From contig OZ252091.1 in the NCBI GenBank assembly GCA_965248145.1, positions 3,047,222-3,111,221 of the forward strand: 64,000 bases of DNA, given 5' to 3'. This document shows positions 32,510-42,648 of the stretch, one piece after another. Both the position numbers and the translations under genes were made by a program. A model generated the notes under the pieces. The model saw only the letters and a program-made list of their open reading frames with translations, was not told the origin of the DNA and searched no databases. Numbering within the stretch: the stretch's first letter is position 1; every line of letters begins with the position of its first letter. Origin of the DNA: Gammaproteobacteria bacterium (GTDB lineage Bacteria; Pseudomonadota; Gammaproteobacteria; Eutrophobiales; Eutrophobiaceae).

Positions 32510-33805
32510 CTACGGGGTTCTTTCTTCTATGGGGACGTAATCACGGGATTTTCGACCGATATACAACTGCCGCGGGCGGCCGATGCGAAAATCTTCATCC
32601 TCCATGAATTCCATCCACTGGGCGACCCAGCCGGCGCTGCGCGCCAGGGCGAACATCACCGTGAACATGGACGAAGGGATGCGCAGGGCCTGATAAATAA
32701 GGCCGGAGTAAAAATCAACGTTGGGATACAGCTTCCGCTCGATAAAGTAATCGTCTTCCAGCGCTATTCGTTCCAGCTCCATGGCTATTTCAAACAGGGG
32801 CTGATTCAGGTTCATTTCCTCCAATAAATCATGACACGCTCCTCGAATAATCTTTGCCCTGGGATCATAATTCTTGTAGACCCGGTGCCCGAAACCCATC
32901 AGCCGAAAGGAATCGCTCTTGTCTTTTGCCTGATCAACATATTTTCTGACATTGTCCGGCTTCCCGATTTCCTCCAGCATACGGATCACCGCCTCGTTGG
33001 CCCCCCCATGGGATTTACCCCACAAGGTCGTAATACCCGCGGCAATACAGGCAAAAGGATTGGCTTCGGAGCTGCCGGCCAGGCGTACCGTCGAGGTACT
33101 GGCATTCTGTTCGTGATCGGCATGCAGAATGAACAGGAGGTCCAGGGCGCGCACGGCAACGGGTGACGGTTGATAGTCTTCAGAAGGCCATGAAAACGTC
33201 ATGTACATGAAATTCTCAATATAATTGAGTGAATTATCAGGATACACAAAGGGCAAGCCGGAAGCGTACCGATAACATTTGGATGCTACGTTGGGAATCT
33301 TGGCTATGACGCGCTTGGCGGTCAGCAGTCGGTTTTCAGGGTCCCAGATATCCGTGCGATCATGGTAATAAGAGGCAATGGCGCTGGTAACACCCGCCAT
33401 AATTGACATCGGATGGGCGTCGTATCGATAAGCGGAATAAAACCGGGAGATATGCTCGTGGGTCATCATGTGCATCTTGATGGAATGATCCCACGCGTCC
33501 ATCTGCTGCCGGTTTGGCAGTTCACCGTGGATTAATAAATAAACGACTTCCAGGAATGTACTATTTTCAGCCAGTTGCTCTATCGGGTAGCCACGATGCA
33601 ACAGGATCCCCTTCTCTCCGTCCAGGTAGGTGATCGCGCTGCGGCAACTGGCCGTAGTAGCGAAGCCCGGATCCAGGGTAAACATACCCAGTTCATCATA
33701 TAAGGCTCTGGTATTTATGACAGGCGCGCCGTAAGTGCCGAGAGACACCGGACATTCAATCTGTTTGCCTGTTTCATTATCGGTAATCGTAACTGTGCGT
33801 GCCAT
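32510..33805 (-). CDS. gltA: Citrate synthase (type II)
   Basis: LLHRGYPIEQLAE, HADHEQNASTSTVR and GFGHRVYKNYDPRA. Confidence 0.95.
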   Translation of the reverse strand: MARTVTITDNETGKQIECPVSLGTYGAPVINTRALYDELGMFTLDPGFATTASCRSAITYLDGEKGILLHRGYPIEQLAENSTFLEVVYLLIHGELPNRQQMDAWDHSIKMHMMTHEHISRFYSAYRYDAHPMSIMAGVTSAIASYYHDRTDIWDPENRLLTAKRVIAKIPNVASKCYRYASGLPFVYPDNSLNYIENFMYMTFSWPSEDYQPSPVAVRALDLLFILHADHEQNASTSTVRLAGSSEANPFACIAAGITTLWGKSHGGANEAVIRMLEEIGKPDNVRKYVDQAKDKSDSFRLMGFGHRVYKNYDPRAKIIRGACHDLLEEMNLNQPLFEIAMELERIALEDDYFIERKLYPNVDFYSGLIYQALRIPSSMFTVMFALARSAGWVAQWMEFMEDEDFRIGRPRQLYIGRKSRDYVPIEERTP

Positions 33806-34087
33806 GAAACCGTCTCCATTTCAGGGGGAAGCCTGTAACTTTATAATTGTATTTTTTCCAGCATACATCTATGAGAAGATACCGCAAGTCAATATGTTGG
33901 AGGCTGATTTAGACGAAATTCAGCCATAAAATAAAAACAGCTTATGGTTTAAAGTGTTACGGAAGTATTCAGAGAAAATTTCAAGAATCTGTCATATAAT
34001 ATTGCCTGAAATCGGATATCAGGTTAAAAAATAGCGCATTGACCCGAGAAATAAAAGTCGAAGTCTCCATAGAAACGCAGAAGAACA

Positions 34088-36979
34088 ATGAACTCACCCG
34101 AACCATCCCATCTTTACAGCGGTAACACCGCGTTTATCGAAGAAATATATGAACGATACCTGGATAATCCTGCCGGCGTGGCCACCGAGTGGCGACATTA
34201 CTTTGATGCCCTGAAACAGGAAGTCCCGGAAGCTGCTCCCGCACAAACCCCGAAAGTGGATATTGCCCGTAGCCCGATACGACAGGCGCCACTACCGACG
34301 GTAAAAGACGATGTTATTCCGGCGCCGGTACGAACCGAGGCGGTTAATACGGATAATAAAAAGCAGGCCTCGGTACTGCAGTTAATCAATGCCCACCGCT
34401 TCCGCGGCCACCAGCAAGCTGATTTGGATCCCCTGAAACAGTACGAACGACCGAAGGTCCAGGAACTGGACCCCGCCTATTACAATTTCACGGAGGAAGA
34501 CCTTGTGCGAGTTTTCAATACGGGTTCCCTGTTTGCGCCGGATGAACTGACGCTGGCTGAAATCATCTACATCGTCAAAAGCACTTATTGCCGGACGGTC
34601 GGCGCTGAGTACATGCACATCAACGAAACGGAACAAAAACGCTGGATCCAGCGCTGGCTGGAAGAATCCGAAGGACATCACCGGTTCTCGCCTGAAAAGA
34701 GGAAACGCATACTGGAACGCGTTATTGCCGCCAATGCCCTGGAAGAATACCTGCACAGGAAATACGTGGGACAAAAACGGTTTTCACTGGAAGGCGGCGA
34801 AGCCTTAATTCCGCTGCTTGACGAAATCGTCCAGTCTGGTGGAGAAGCCGGGGTCCGCGAAGCAGTTATCGGCATGGCCCACCGGGGCAGGATAAACGTA
34901 TTGATCAATATTATCGGCAAATTGCCCGGGGAGCTGTTCGATGAATTTGAAGGCGCCGGCAACCGGGAAGTCAATGATCTAAACGCCAATTCCGGAGACG
35001 TAAAATATCATCTGGGCTATTCCTCGGATATACAGACCTCGCGAGGCGTTATTCATTTGACCCTGGCGTTCAATCCATCCCACCTTGAAATTATCGACCC
35101 CGTGGTGGAAGGTTCCGTGCGGGCGCGCCAGGACCGGCGCCACGATAAATCCCGCTCCCAGGTATTGCCCATAATCCTGCATGGCGATGCCGCTTTCGCC
35201 GGCCAGGGCGTGGTGATGGAGACCTTCAACCTGTCTCAAACCCGTGGTTACAGCACCGGCGGCACCGTCCATATTATCATCAATAACCAGATCGGTTTCA
35301 CCACCAGTGACCCGCTGGATTCGCGCTCGACCCTGTATTGCACGGACGTCGCCAAGATGGTGCAGGCGCCGATCTTTCACGTCAATGGCGATGATCCCGA
35401 CGCCGTTGTGTACGTTGCGAAACTGGCTTTGGAATATCGCATGGAATTCAAAAAAGACGTGGTCATCGACATGGTGTGCTACCGCAGGCACGGCCATAGC
35501 GAAGCGGACGAGCCGGCCGCCACGCAGCCCATCATGTACCGGAAGATCCGGCAACACAAAAACGTCAGAGAGCTCTATTCCGAACGCCTGAAAAAAGAAA
35601 AAGTCGTTAGCGAGGATGAAATTCAAGCAAACTTTGAGTCTTACGTCACGTCACTGGAATCCAACCGGAGCGTAGCGGGCGCCAAGGCAAGCAATGCCGA
35701 TTTCAGGTTTTTGATCAACTATGAGCCGTTCAAAAACACTGCCTGGGATATGTGGGTCGATACGACCATCAGTCCGGCATCAGTCACCAGGCTGACGGAA
35801 CGCATCACCGATATACCGGCACATTTCAATTTACATCCGACGGTCAGGAAGATCATCGATAACCGTAAAAAAATGGGCGCCGGCGAGTTGGAAATGGACT
35901 GGGGTTACGCGGAAACCCTGGCCTACGCGGCCTTGCTTGATGCCGGTTTTCCGGTACGGATATCCGGCCAGGACAGTGCACGCGGGACTTTTTTCCACCG
36001 TCATGCAGTCATCCACAACCAGGATGACGGCGATAAGTATTTACCTTTGCAGCATATCGATGAGGGGCAACCTTCGTTCCTGGTCATCAATTCAATCCTC
36101 TCCGAAGAGGCCGTATTGGCCTTTGACTACGGCTACAGCAGCTCCGAACCCAACGCGCTGGTGCTCTGGGAAGCCCAGTTTGGTGATTTCGCCAACGGCG
36201 CACAAGTTGTGTTTGACCAGTTCATCAGTTCATGTGAGGTGAAATGGGGACGGTTTTGTGGACTTACGGTGTTTTTACCCCATGGCTACGATGGCCAGGG
36301 ACCCGAGCATTCTTCCGCCAGGCTGGAACGTTTTTTACAGTTGTGCGCCCGGGAGAACATGCAAGTCTGCCTGCCCAGCACGCCGGCGCAGATGTTCCAC
36401 CTGCTACGACGCCAGGTCATAAGACCGTATCGTAAACCCCTTATCGTCATGAGTCCGAAAAGCCTGCTCCGGCATAAATTATCGACGTCAACTCTGGATA
36501 AAATCACTGACGGCGAATTCCAACTGGTGATTGACGAAATAGACAGTAATGTAGAAAAACAAGCCGTAACCCGTTTATTAATATGCAGTGGTAAAGTATA
36601 TTATGACCTGCTGGAGGCAAGGCGCGGCAATGAAGTCGGGAACATCGCCATTGTCCGCCTGGAACAACTGTTTCCGTTTCCGCTTGACGAATTGAAACGT
36701 GTGATTGACTCATACCCGAATGCGAGGGAAATCGTCTGGGTGCAGGAAGAACCCAAGAATCAAGGCGGCTGGTATTATATGCAATCCAGGGGAACCATGA
36801 TTGGGTGTCTGAGTAACCAACACGTGTTTGGTTATGCCGGACGTTTTTACTCTGCTTCCCCTGCGGCCGGTTCTATGAGCCTACACCTGGCCCAACAAAA
36901 ACAGTTGGTTGAAGACGCTTTACAACTGGAAAAACTGGAAGTCACTACGCATTTGAAGAAGGTGCATGGGATCAAATGA
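34088..36979 (+). CDS. sucA: 2-oxoglutarate dehydrogenase E1 component
   Basis: 963 aa. LINAHRFRGH, MAHRGRINVL, HGDAAFAGQGVV and IINNQIGFTTS. Confidence 0.96.
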   Translation: MNSPEPSHLYSGNTAFIEEIYERYLDNPAGVATEWRHYFDALKQEVPEAAPAQTPKVDIARSPIRQAPLPTVKDDVIPAPVRTEAVNTDNKKQASVLQLINAHRFRGHQQADLDPLKQYERPKVQELDPAYYNFTEEDLVRVFNTGSLFAPDELTLAEIIYIVKSTYCRTVGAEYMHINETEQKRWIQRWLEESEGHHRFSPEKRKRILERVIAANALEEYLHRKYVGQKRFSLEGGEALIPLLDEIVQSGGEAGVREAVIGMAHRGRINVLINIIGKLPGELFDEFEGAGNREVNDLNANSGDVKYHLGYSSDIQTSRGVIHLTLAFNPSHLEIIDPVVEGSVRARQDRRHDKSRSQVLPIILHGDAAFAGQGVVMETFNLSQTRGYSTGGTVHIIINNQIGFTTSDPLDSRSTLYCTDVAKMVQAPIFHVNGDDPDAVVYVAKLALEYRMEFKKDVVIDMVCYRRHGHSEADEPAATQPIMYRKIRQHKNVRELYSERLKKEKVVSEDEIQANFESYVTSLESNRSVAGAKASNADFRFLINYEPFKNTAWDMWVDTTISPASVTRLTERITDIPAHFNLHPTVRKIIDNRKKMGAGELEMDWGYAETLAYAALLDAGFPVRISGQDSARGTFFHRHAVIHNQDDGDKYLPLQHIDEGQPSFLVINSILSEEAVLAFDYGYSSSEPNALVLWEAQFGDFANGAQVVFDQFISSCEVKWGRFCGLTVFLPHGYDGQGPEHSSARLERFLQLCARENMQVCLPSTPAQMFHLLRRQVIRPYRKPLIVMSPKSLLRHKLSTSTLDKITDGEFQLVIDEIDSNVEKQAVTRLLICSGKVYYDLLEARRGNEVGNIAIVRLEQLFPFPLDELKRVIDSYPNAREIVWVQEEPKNQGGWYYMQSRGTMIGCLSNQHVFGYAGRFYSASPAAGSMSLHLAQQKQLVEDALQLEKLEVTTHLKKVHGIK

Positions 36980-37025
36980 GCGCGCTGATACAGTTCAATA
37001 ACCCAGGCAAGAACAGGAGAGCACT

Positions 37026-38510
37026 GTGTTAGTTGAAGTCAGAGTCCCGGTATTGGCCGAGTCTGTCGCGGAAGCTACGTTAATGGACTGGCATAAGCAG
37101 CCGGGTGACGCGGTCAGGTTTGGCGATGCCCTGGTCGACGTGGAAACGGACAAGGTTACCCTGGAAGTTGTTGCTCCGGAAGACGGTGTCCTTTCCAGCA
37201 TCTTGAAAAACAGCGGTGAGGACGTGGAAAGTAATGAACTGATCGCTCAAGTCGATACCAGCGAACAGGCCTCTTTCACAGTGACTGAGGTAGCGCCTGA
37301 GGCCGGCGCAGCAGCAGAACCAAAACCGATACCGGAACCAGTGACGGAACCCGCAGCAGAGCCGGAGCCTGTACCGGAGATGGGATCCGCGCCGGAACCG
37401 GAACATGCATCCCAGCAACAGTCCCTGCTTGAAGAACCGGATCAGCCCGACATCAAACTCGTGGAGACGCAATCTACAGGGTCTCGCGAGATATCTCCGC
37501 CGACAGAAGAGATTCAACCGGATACCAAATTAAGCCCCGCAGTCAGGAACCTGTTGGCGGAACATAACCTGGACGCTGCTGAGATCCCCACTTCGGGAGA
37601 CAGGTTGACGAAAGAAAACGTCCTGAATTACCTGGCAGGGGAAGAAGACAAGGGACAGGAAGCAGAAGATATGGAAGAGAATGACCCGGCGGATTTGACC
37701 CGGGTTGCCGCCGAACCGGCAACGGTTGCAGTGACGGCCAGCCCTACTGGTGAGGGCGAACGTAGAGCATCGCCCTCCAATGTAAAGACAGCGGCTCCCA
37801 TTGCCCCCGAGGGTGCGGAAAAACGCGTTGCCATGAGTCGCTTGCGTAAGCGGGCGGCGGAACGTTTATTGGTGGCGCAACGCGAAAATGCGATCCTGAC
37901 CACGTTCAATGAAGTAAACATGCAGCCCGTGCAGGAATTACGCAACCGCTACAAAGACAGCTTTGAAAAAACCCATGGGGTCAAGCTGGGCTTCATGTCG
38001 TTTTTCACCAAGGCAGCGGTTGAAGCCTTGAAAAAAATCCCCATCATCAATGCCTCCGTGGACGGCACGGATATCATCTACCATGACTATTTCGATATAG
38101 GTATTGCCGTCAGTTCCCCTCGCGGGCTGGTTGTCCCGATTATTCGGAACGCGGATACCCTCAGTTTTGCCGCAATAGAAAAGACTATCGGAGATTATGG
38201 GCAAAAAGCGCGTGATGCAAAACTGACCCTGGAAGAACTGATCGGGGGCACGTTCACCATTACCAATGGCGGCGTGTTCGGGTCCCTGCTGTCCACCCCT
38301 ATCATCAACCCGCCGCAAAGCGCTATCCTGGGAATGCACAAAATCGAGCAACGCCCGGTTGCAGAAAACGGCGAGGTTGTGATTCGACCGATGATGTACC
38401 TGGCGCTATCCTATGATCATCGTATTATCGATGGGCGGGAAGCCGTCTCTTTCCTGGTGACGGTGAAAGAATTGCTGGAAGACCCGTCACGCTTGCTGTT
38501 ACAGGTTTAA
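37026..38510 (+). CDS. sucB: Dihydrolipoyllysine-residue succinyltransferase (E2o)
   Basis: The lipoyl site is [12 protein letters not shown] and the catalytic motif is [15 protein letters not shown] long Ala/Pro/Glu linker separates the domains. Confidence 0.94.
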   Translation: MLVEVRVPVLAESVAEATLMDWHKQPGDAVRFGDALVDVETDKVTLEVVAPEDGVLSSILKNSGEDVESNELIAQVDTSEQASFTVTEVAPEAGAAAEPKPIPEPVTEPAAEPEPVPEMGSAPEPEHASQQQSLLEEPDQPDIKLVETQSTGSREISPPTEEIQPDTKLSPAVRNLLAEHNLDAAEIPTSGDRLTKENVLNYLAGEEDKGQEAEDMEENDPADLTRVAAEPATVAVTASPTGEGERRASPSNVKTAAPIAPEGAEKRVAMSRLRKRAAERLLVAQRENAILTTFNEVNMQPVQELRNRYKDSFEKTHGVKLGFMSFFTKAAVEALKKIPIINASVDGTDIIYHDYFDIGIAVSSPRGLVVPIIRNADTLSFAAIEKTIGDYGQKARDAKLTLEELIGGTFTITNGGVFGSLLSTPIINPPQSAILGMHKIEQRPVAENGEVVIRPMMYLALSYDHRIIDGREAVSFLVTVKELLEDPSRLLLQV

Positions 38511-38541
38511 CCAGGATATTTCACGGAGGCGCTGAGCACCG

Positions 38542-39987
38542 ATGAACAATCCCCAGCCGTCAATACAACACTTTGATGTCGTAGTCATTGGCGCCGGGCC
38601 CGGTGGTTACGTCAGCGCAATCAGGTGTGCGCAACTGGGGTTTTCCACGGCTTGTGTGGACGCTGGGTTGAACAGCAAGGGCAAGCCGGTCCTGGGTGGA
38701 ACCTGCCTGAATACAGGCTGTATCCCTTCGAAGGCCCTGCTGGATTCATCCCACCATTACTCCTTCATCAAACACAACGCGGCCGAGCACGGTATCAACG
38801 TTTCCGGCGTGAAAATGGATATTCATAAAATGGTGACCCGTAAAAACAGGATCGTACAGAAATTGACTCAAGGGATCTCCGGGCTGTTCAAAAAGAACAA
38901 GATCGAATGGTTACAGGGTCAGGGAAAACTCTTGGAAAACAACCAGGTGCGGGTAATGCCGAGTAGCCGGGAACCTTCTGAAGAATACACGATATCAGCT
39001 GGAAACGTCATTATTGCGACCGGCTCCGTGCCGGCCAGGCTTTCGTTGGCGCCCGTTGATAAGAACAAAATAGTCGATTCCACCAGCGCGCTCTCATTTA
39101 CGGAAGTCCCACACAGACTGGGTATCGTAGGCGCGGGAGTCATCGGCCTGGAACTTGGCAGCGTCTGGAGCAGGATGGGCTCCGAGGTTGTCATACTGGA
39201 AGCGCTGGATGACTTTTTAGCGCCCGCGGACCGGCAGATTGCCGCCGCGGCCGAAAAGATACTGAGGAAACAGGGGTTGGATATACGCCTTGGCTCCAGG
39301 GTCACAGGTACGGGTTCAAACAGTCGGGAAGTCATCGTTACTTATGAAGACAGTGAAGGCAAACAACAGTTAACCCTGGATAAACTGATTGTGGCAGTCG
39401 GACGCTCCCCCAACACAGAAGGGCTTGGCGCCGAAGAAGTGGGGTTGCACCTGAACAAGGCCGGAAGAGTTGAAGTTGACGAGTATTGCGCGACCAATTT
39501 ACCGGGCGTCTACGCTATTGGCGACGTGGTGCGCGGCCCGATGCTCGCCCATAAGGCCGCAGAAGAAGGTGTGATGGTGGTAGAACGTCTTACCGGAAAA
39601 AAAAGCAGTGTCAACCTGGATATCGTACCCTGGGTCATCTATACCTGGCCGGAAATCGCCTGGGCGGGACAAACCGAGTTTGAATTGAAGGAGACCGGAG
39701 AACCCTACAAGGCAGGGGTGTTTCCATTCTCGGCAAGTGGTCGCGCACAGGCTCTGGGCGACACCTCCGGCATGATTAAAATACTCAGCGATGGTAACTC
39801 CGATCGGGTCCTCGGCATCCACATAATCGGCCCCAATGCTTCCGAACTCATCGCCGAAGCAGTGCTGGCCATGGAATTTGACGGCAGCTCCGAGGATATA
39901 GCACGTACCATCCACGCCCATCCGACCCTGGCCGAAGCCATGCACGAGGCTGCGCTTGCAGCCGACAAACGCGCCCTGCATATCTGA
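38542..39987 (+). CDS. lpdA: Dihydrolipoyl dehydrogenase (E3)
   Basis: VVVIGAGPGGY, the redox disulfide GGTCLNTGCIPSK, and the C-terminal HAHPTLAE. Confidence 0.95.
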   Translation: MNNPQPSIQHFDVVVIGAGPGGYVSAIRCAQLGFSTACVDAGLNSKGKPVLGGTCLNTGCIPSKALLDSSHHYSFIKHNAAEHGINVSGVKMDIHKMVTRKNRIVQKLTQGISGLFKKNKIEWLQGQGKLLENNQVRVMPSSREPSEEYTISAGNVIIATGSVPARLSLAPVDKNKIVDSTSALSFTEVPHRLGIVGAGVIGLELGSVWSRMGSEVVILEALDDFLAPADRQIAAAAEKILRKQGLDIRLGSRVTGTGSNSREVIVTYEDSEGKQQLTLDKLIVAVGRSPNTEGLGAEEVGLHLNKAGRVEVDEYCATNLPGVYAIGDVVRGPMLAHKAAEEGVMVVERLTGKKSSVNLDIVPWVIYTWPEIAWAGQTEFELKETGEPYKAGVFPFSASGRAQALGDTSGMIKILSDGNSDRVLGIHIIGPNASELIAEAVLAMEFDGSSEDIARTIHAHPTLAEAMHEAALAADKRALHI

Positions 39988-40041
39988 ATTTGGACCCCGG
40001 GAGGCAAATAACCGCCTCATTCATTTAGCCCGTGTGATATA

Positions 40042-40118
40042 TGGGGTCAGAGTAAAAATACGGCTAATCTGGTAGAGGACGCGGGCTTATTGCTGAGTAT
40101 TTTTACTCTGACCCCAAC
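40042..40118. repeat. REP family C inverted pair downstream of lpdA
   Basis: tggggtcagagtaaaaata ... gagtatttttactctgaccccaac. Confidence 0.85.
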
Positions 40119-40248
40119 TATGACAGAAGCCAAAAGTATGCGTTCGCCCTGTAATGCGCGAAACAGGGCTGTTATCGACAGTAAGTTTTTGTTAGGATGC
40201 GAGGAGTTTTGTGCAGCGCAGCGAAATTGATTCACTGGGCTTAACCAT

Positions 40249-40280
40249 GGCACTGACATATCAAGGCACTGACATATCAA
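40249..40280. repeat. Perfect 16-bp tandem duplication 26 nt upstream of phaA
   Basis: ggcactgacatatcaa occurs twice. Confidence 0.9.
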
Positions 40281-40305
40281 CTCACTATACAAAGGTAATT
40301 TCACG

Positions 40306-41487
40306 ATGACTAACGACGTAGTAATTGTTGCCGCCGCCCGTACACCTATCGGTTCTTTTGGCGGAAGTCTGGCAAATGTCCCGGCCCACTCCCTGGCGGC
40401 AACCGTTATTAAATCCCTGTTGGAAAAAACCAGTCTCGATCCCGAGCAGATCAACGAAGTCATACTGGGGCAGGTGTTAACCGCCGGCACCGGCCAGAAC
40501 CCGGCGCGCCAGGCGGCGATTGAGGCTGGTTTACCCCATTCGGTACCCGCCATGACGATTAACAAGGTCTGCGGAAGCGGACTGAAGGCCGTTCACCTGG
40601 CTGCACAGGCAATAAAATGCGGCGACGCGGAAATCGTCATTGCCGGCGGCCAGGAAAACATGAGCCTGGCGCCGCACCTGTTACCCAAATCCCGCAACGG
40701 TAACAAAATGGGGGACTGGAAGATGGTCGATTCCATGATTATCGATGGTTTATGGGATGCTTTTAACGATTATCACATGGGCATGACCGCAGAGAATATC
40801 GTAACCAGGTTTGATATCTCCCGCGAGCAACAGGATGGGTTTGCCGCACTGTCCCAGCAAAAAACGGAAAAGGCCCAGGCAGACGGGCTTTTCAGGGAGG
40901 AAATCGTTCCCGTAAGTATCCCGCAACGAAAAAAAGACCCCATTATCTTTGCCGAAGACGAATATCCGAAGCAGGGAGTTACGGCGGAGGGAATTGCGAA
41001 ACTGCGCCCCGCTTTTACCCGGGAGGGCACGGTCACCGCGGCCAATGCCTCCGGCCTTAATGATGGGGCCGCGGCCGTTATTGTGATGAATCGCAGTAAA
41101 GCCGACGAACTGGGGTTGCCGGTGATGGCCGATATAAGGGCTTACGCCAGCGCCGGCGTTGACCCGGCCATCATGGGTACGGGACCGATACCGGCAACGC
41201 AACGTTGTCTGACCAGGGCCGGCTGGACGGTTGATGAACTGGACCTGGTCGAAGCCAATGAGGCGTTTGCCGCACAGGCCATCTCAGTCAATAGCGAACT
41301 GGGCTGGGACCAGGAGAAAGTGAACGTCAACGGCGGCGCTATTTCATTGGGACACCCCATCGGAGCCTCTGGTTGCAGGGTTTTGGTCACCCTGCTCCAT
41401 ACAATGCAGCGCCGGGACGCTCACAAGGGTCTGGCCACCTTGTGCATCGGCGGCGGCCAGGGAGTCGCCCTGGCGGTCGAAAGATAG
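40306..41487 (+). CDS. phaA: Acetyl-CoA acetyltransferase (thiolase II)
   Basis: [11 protein letters not shown] is the active-site Cys region. [15 protein letters not shown] and CIGGGQG are also present. Confidence 0.93.
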   Translation: MTNDVVIVAAARTPIGSFGGSLANVPAHSLAATVIKSLLEKTSLDPEQINEVILGQVLTAGTGQNPARQAAIEAGLPHSVPAMTINKVCGSGLKAVHLAAQAIKCGDAEIVIAGGQENMSLAPHLLPKSRNGNKMGDWKMVDSMIIDGLWDAFNDYHMGMTAENIVTRFDISREQQDGFAALSQQKTEKAQADGLFREEIVPVSIPQRKKDPIIFAEDEYPKQGVTAEGIAKLRPAFTREGTVTAANASGLNDGAAAVIVMNRSKADELGLPVMADIRAYASAGVDPAIMGTGPIPATQRCLTRAGWTVDELDLVEANEAFAAQAISVNSELGWDQEKVNVNGGAISLGHPIGASGCRVLVTLLHTMQRRDAHKGLATLCIGGGQGVALAVER

Positions 41488-41519
41488 ACTACAAATATAA
41501 ACCTTCTGCTATTAGTGAC

Positions 41520-41993
41520 ATGCGTATTATAAAAAAATATCCCAATCGCCGACTTTACGATACCGAGATCAGCAAATATATTACTCTGGAAGACATAAAG
41601 AAGCTGGTATTGGACGGAATCGAGTTTTGCGTAAAAGACGTCAAGTCTGAGGAAGACCTGACGAGAAGCATATTATTGCAGATAATTGCGGAACAGGAAC
41701 ACAATGGAAAGCCGATCTTCAATACACCCATGCTGACCCAGCTCATCCGCTTTTACGGCAACGCCTACCAGTCTGCTTTCAGTGAATATTTACAGAAAAG
41801 CCTGGAAATGTTCGCCTCACAACAACAGAACATCCAGAAAAATTTCCAGCAGGCAGTCAGCAACAATCCTCTTGCAGCTAAAATGACCGAAATGACTGAA
41901 CAGAACCTGGAAACGTGGAGACAACTACAGGACAACTTTTTCAAGGCAGCGAGTTTTACCGATTCAGGTAGCAAACGCAAAGATCAAGACTAG
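41520..41993 (+). CDS. phaR: Polyhydroxyalkanoate synthesis repressor PhaR
   Basis: The ATG at 41520 gives MRIIKKYPNRRLYDTEISKYITLEDIKKLV, the PhaR N-terminal signature. The longer ORF in the track overlaps phaA. Confidence 0.88.
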   Translation: MRIIKKYPNRRLYDTEISKYITLEDIKKLVLDGIEFCVKDVKSEEDLTRSILLQIIAEQEHNGKPIFNTPMLTQLIRFYGNAYQSAFSEYLQKSLEMFASQQQNIQKNFQQAVSNNPLAAKMTEMTEQNLETWRQLQDNFFKAASFTDSGSKRKDQD

Positions 41994-42045
41994 TATTCGG
42001 GCAAGAGCCTGCCCCTTGACACACATTTAAAATGAAGGAATCATC

Positions 42046-42648
42046 ATGGAAATCACACGCAATACTGTTGATACTTCCAAATTCAATTATGAATCAAAGC
42101 CTCCATACGAATTGCGCCAGCAGGATTTTCAAATGGCGATGCAGGATGTGTACGATTTCTTTTTTGACGTAAATTCTCATCTCCTTGCCAAAGGATTACA
42201 GCGCCTTGATGATATGCTCCGTCCCGCTATCATGTCAGGGTTGCTCTCAGATATGTTAACTGCAAGTCTAGCAAGGCACTCCCGCGTGTTAACAGAGAAT
42301 GAATATTTTAATGGTCATCCCGACCTGATCATGCAAGGCAAATATCCCGATAACGCGGTCAAAGCAGGTACGGAAGGAGTGGAAATAAAAACCACAAGAA
42401 AAGCCGGAGGGGCAGTTGATACTCATGGAGCACGAGATCAGTGGATGTGTGTTTTTGTTTATACGGTAGATACCACTTCAGAACCTGCAAATCACAGGGT
42501 ACCGATGACCTTCACTGAGGTCTATCTGGGAAAGGTAACAGTGGATGATTTCCGAAGAAATCCCAGAGGCGAATTGGGGACTCGTACGGCTACGTTACAT
42601 AAAGACGGTGTCAAGAAACTTCGGGATAGCTGGATATACATGTTTTAG
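42046..42648 (+). CDS. Putative type II restriction endonuclease (PD-(D/E)xK)
   Basis: HPDLIMQGKY...GTEGVEIKTTRK fits PD-X(n)-E-x-K. It is convergent with the adjacent DNA methyltransferase and overlaps it by 38 nt. Confidence 0.55.
   Translation: MEITRNTVDTSKFNYESKPPYELRQQDFQMAMQDVYDFFFDVNSHLLAKGLQRLDDMLRPAIMSGLLSDMLTASLARHSRVLTENEYFNGHPDLIMQGKYPDNAVKAGTEGVEIKTTRKAGGAVDTHGARDQWMCVFVYTVDTTSEPANHRVPMTFTEVYLGKVTVDDFRRNPRGELGTRTATLHKDGVKKLRDSWIYMF

Noticed and set aside
33806-34087. gltA is divergent from sucA with no sdhCDAB in between, and no sucCD after lpdA.
   Set aside because: The gene order differs from E. coli, but this arrangement is common in other bacteria. The missing genes are probably elsewhere, and there is no sign of a deletion scar.
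37240-37800. Very long Ala/Pro/Glu-rich low-complexity stretch in SucB.
   Set aside because: Inter-domain linkers of E2 proteins are normally of this composition and vary in length. The lipoyl and catalytic domains are intact.
41373-41519. Long version of the phaR ORF starting at 41373 inside phaA.
   Set aside because: PhaR homologs begin at MRIIKKYPNRRLYDT. The upstream part is the phaA 3' end read in another frame.
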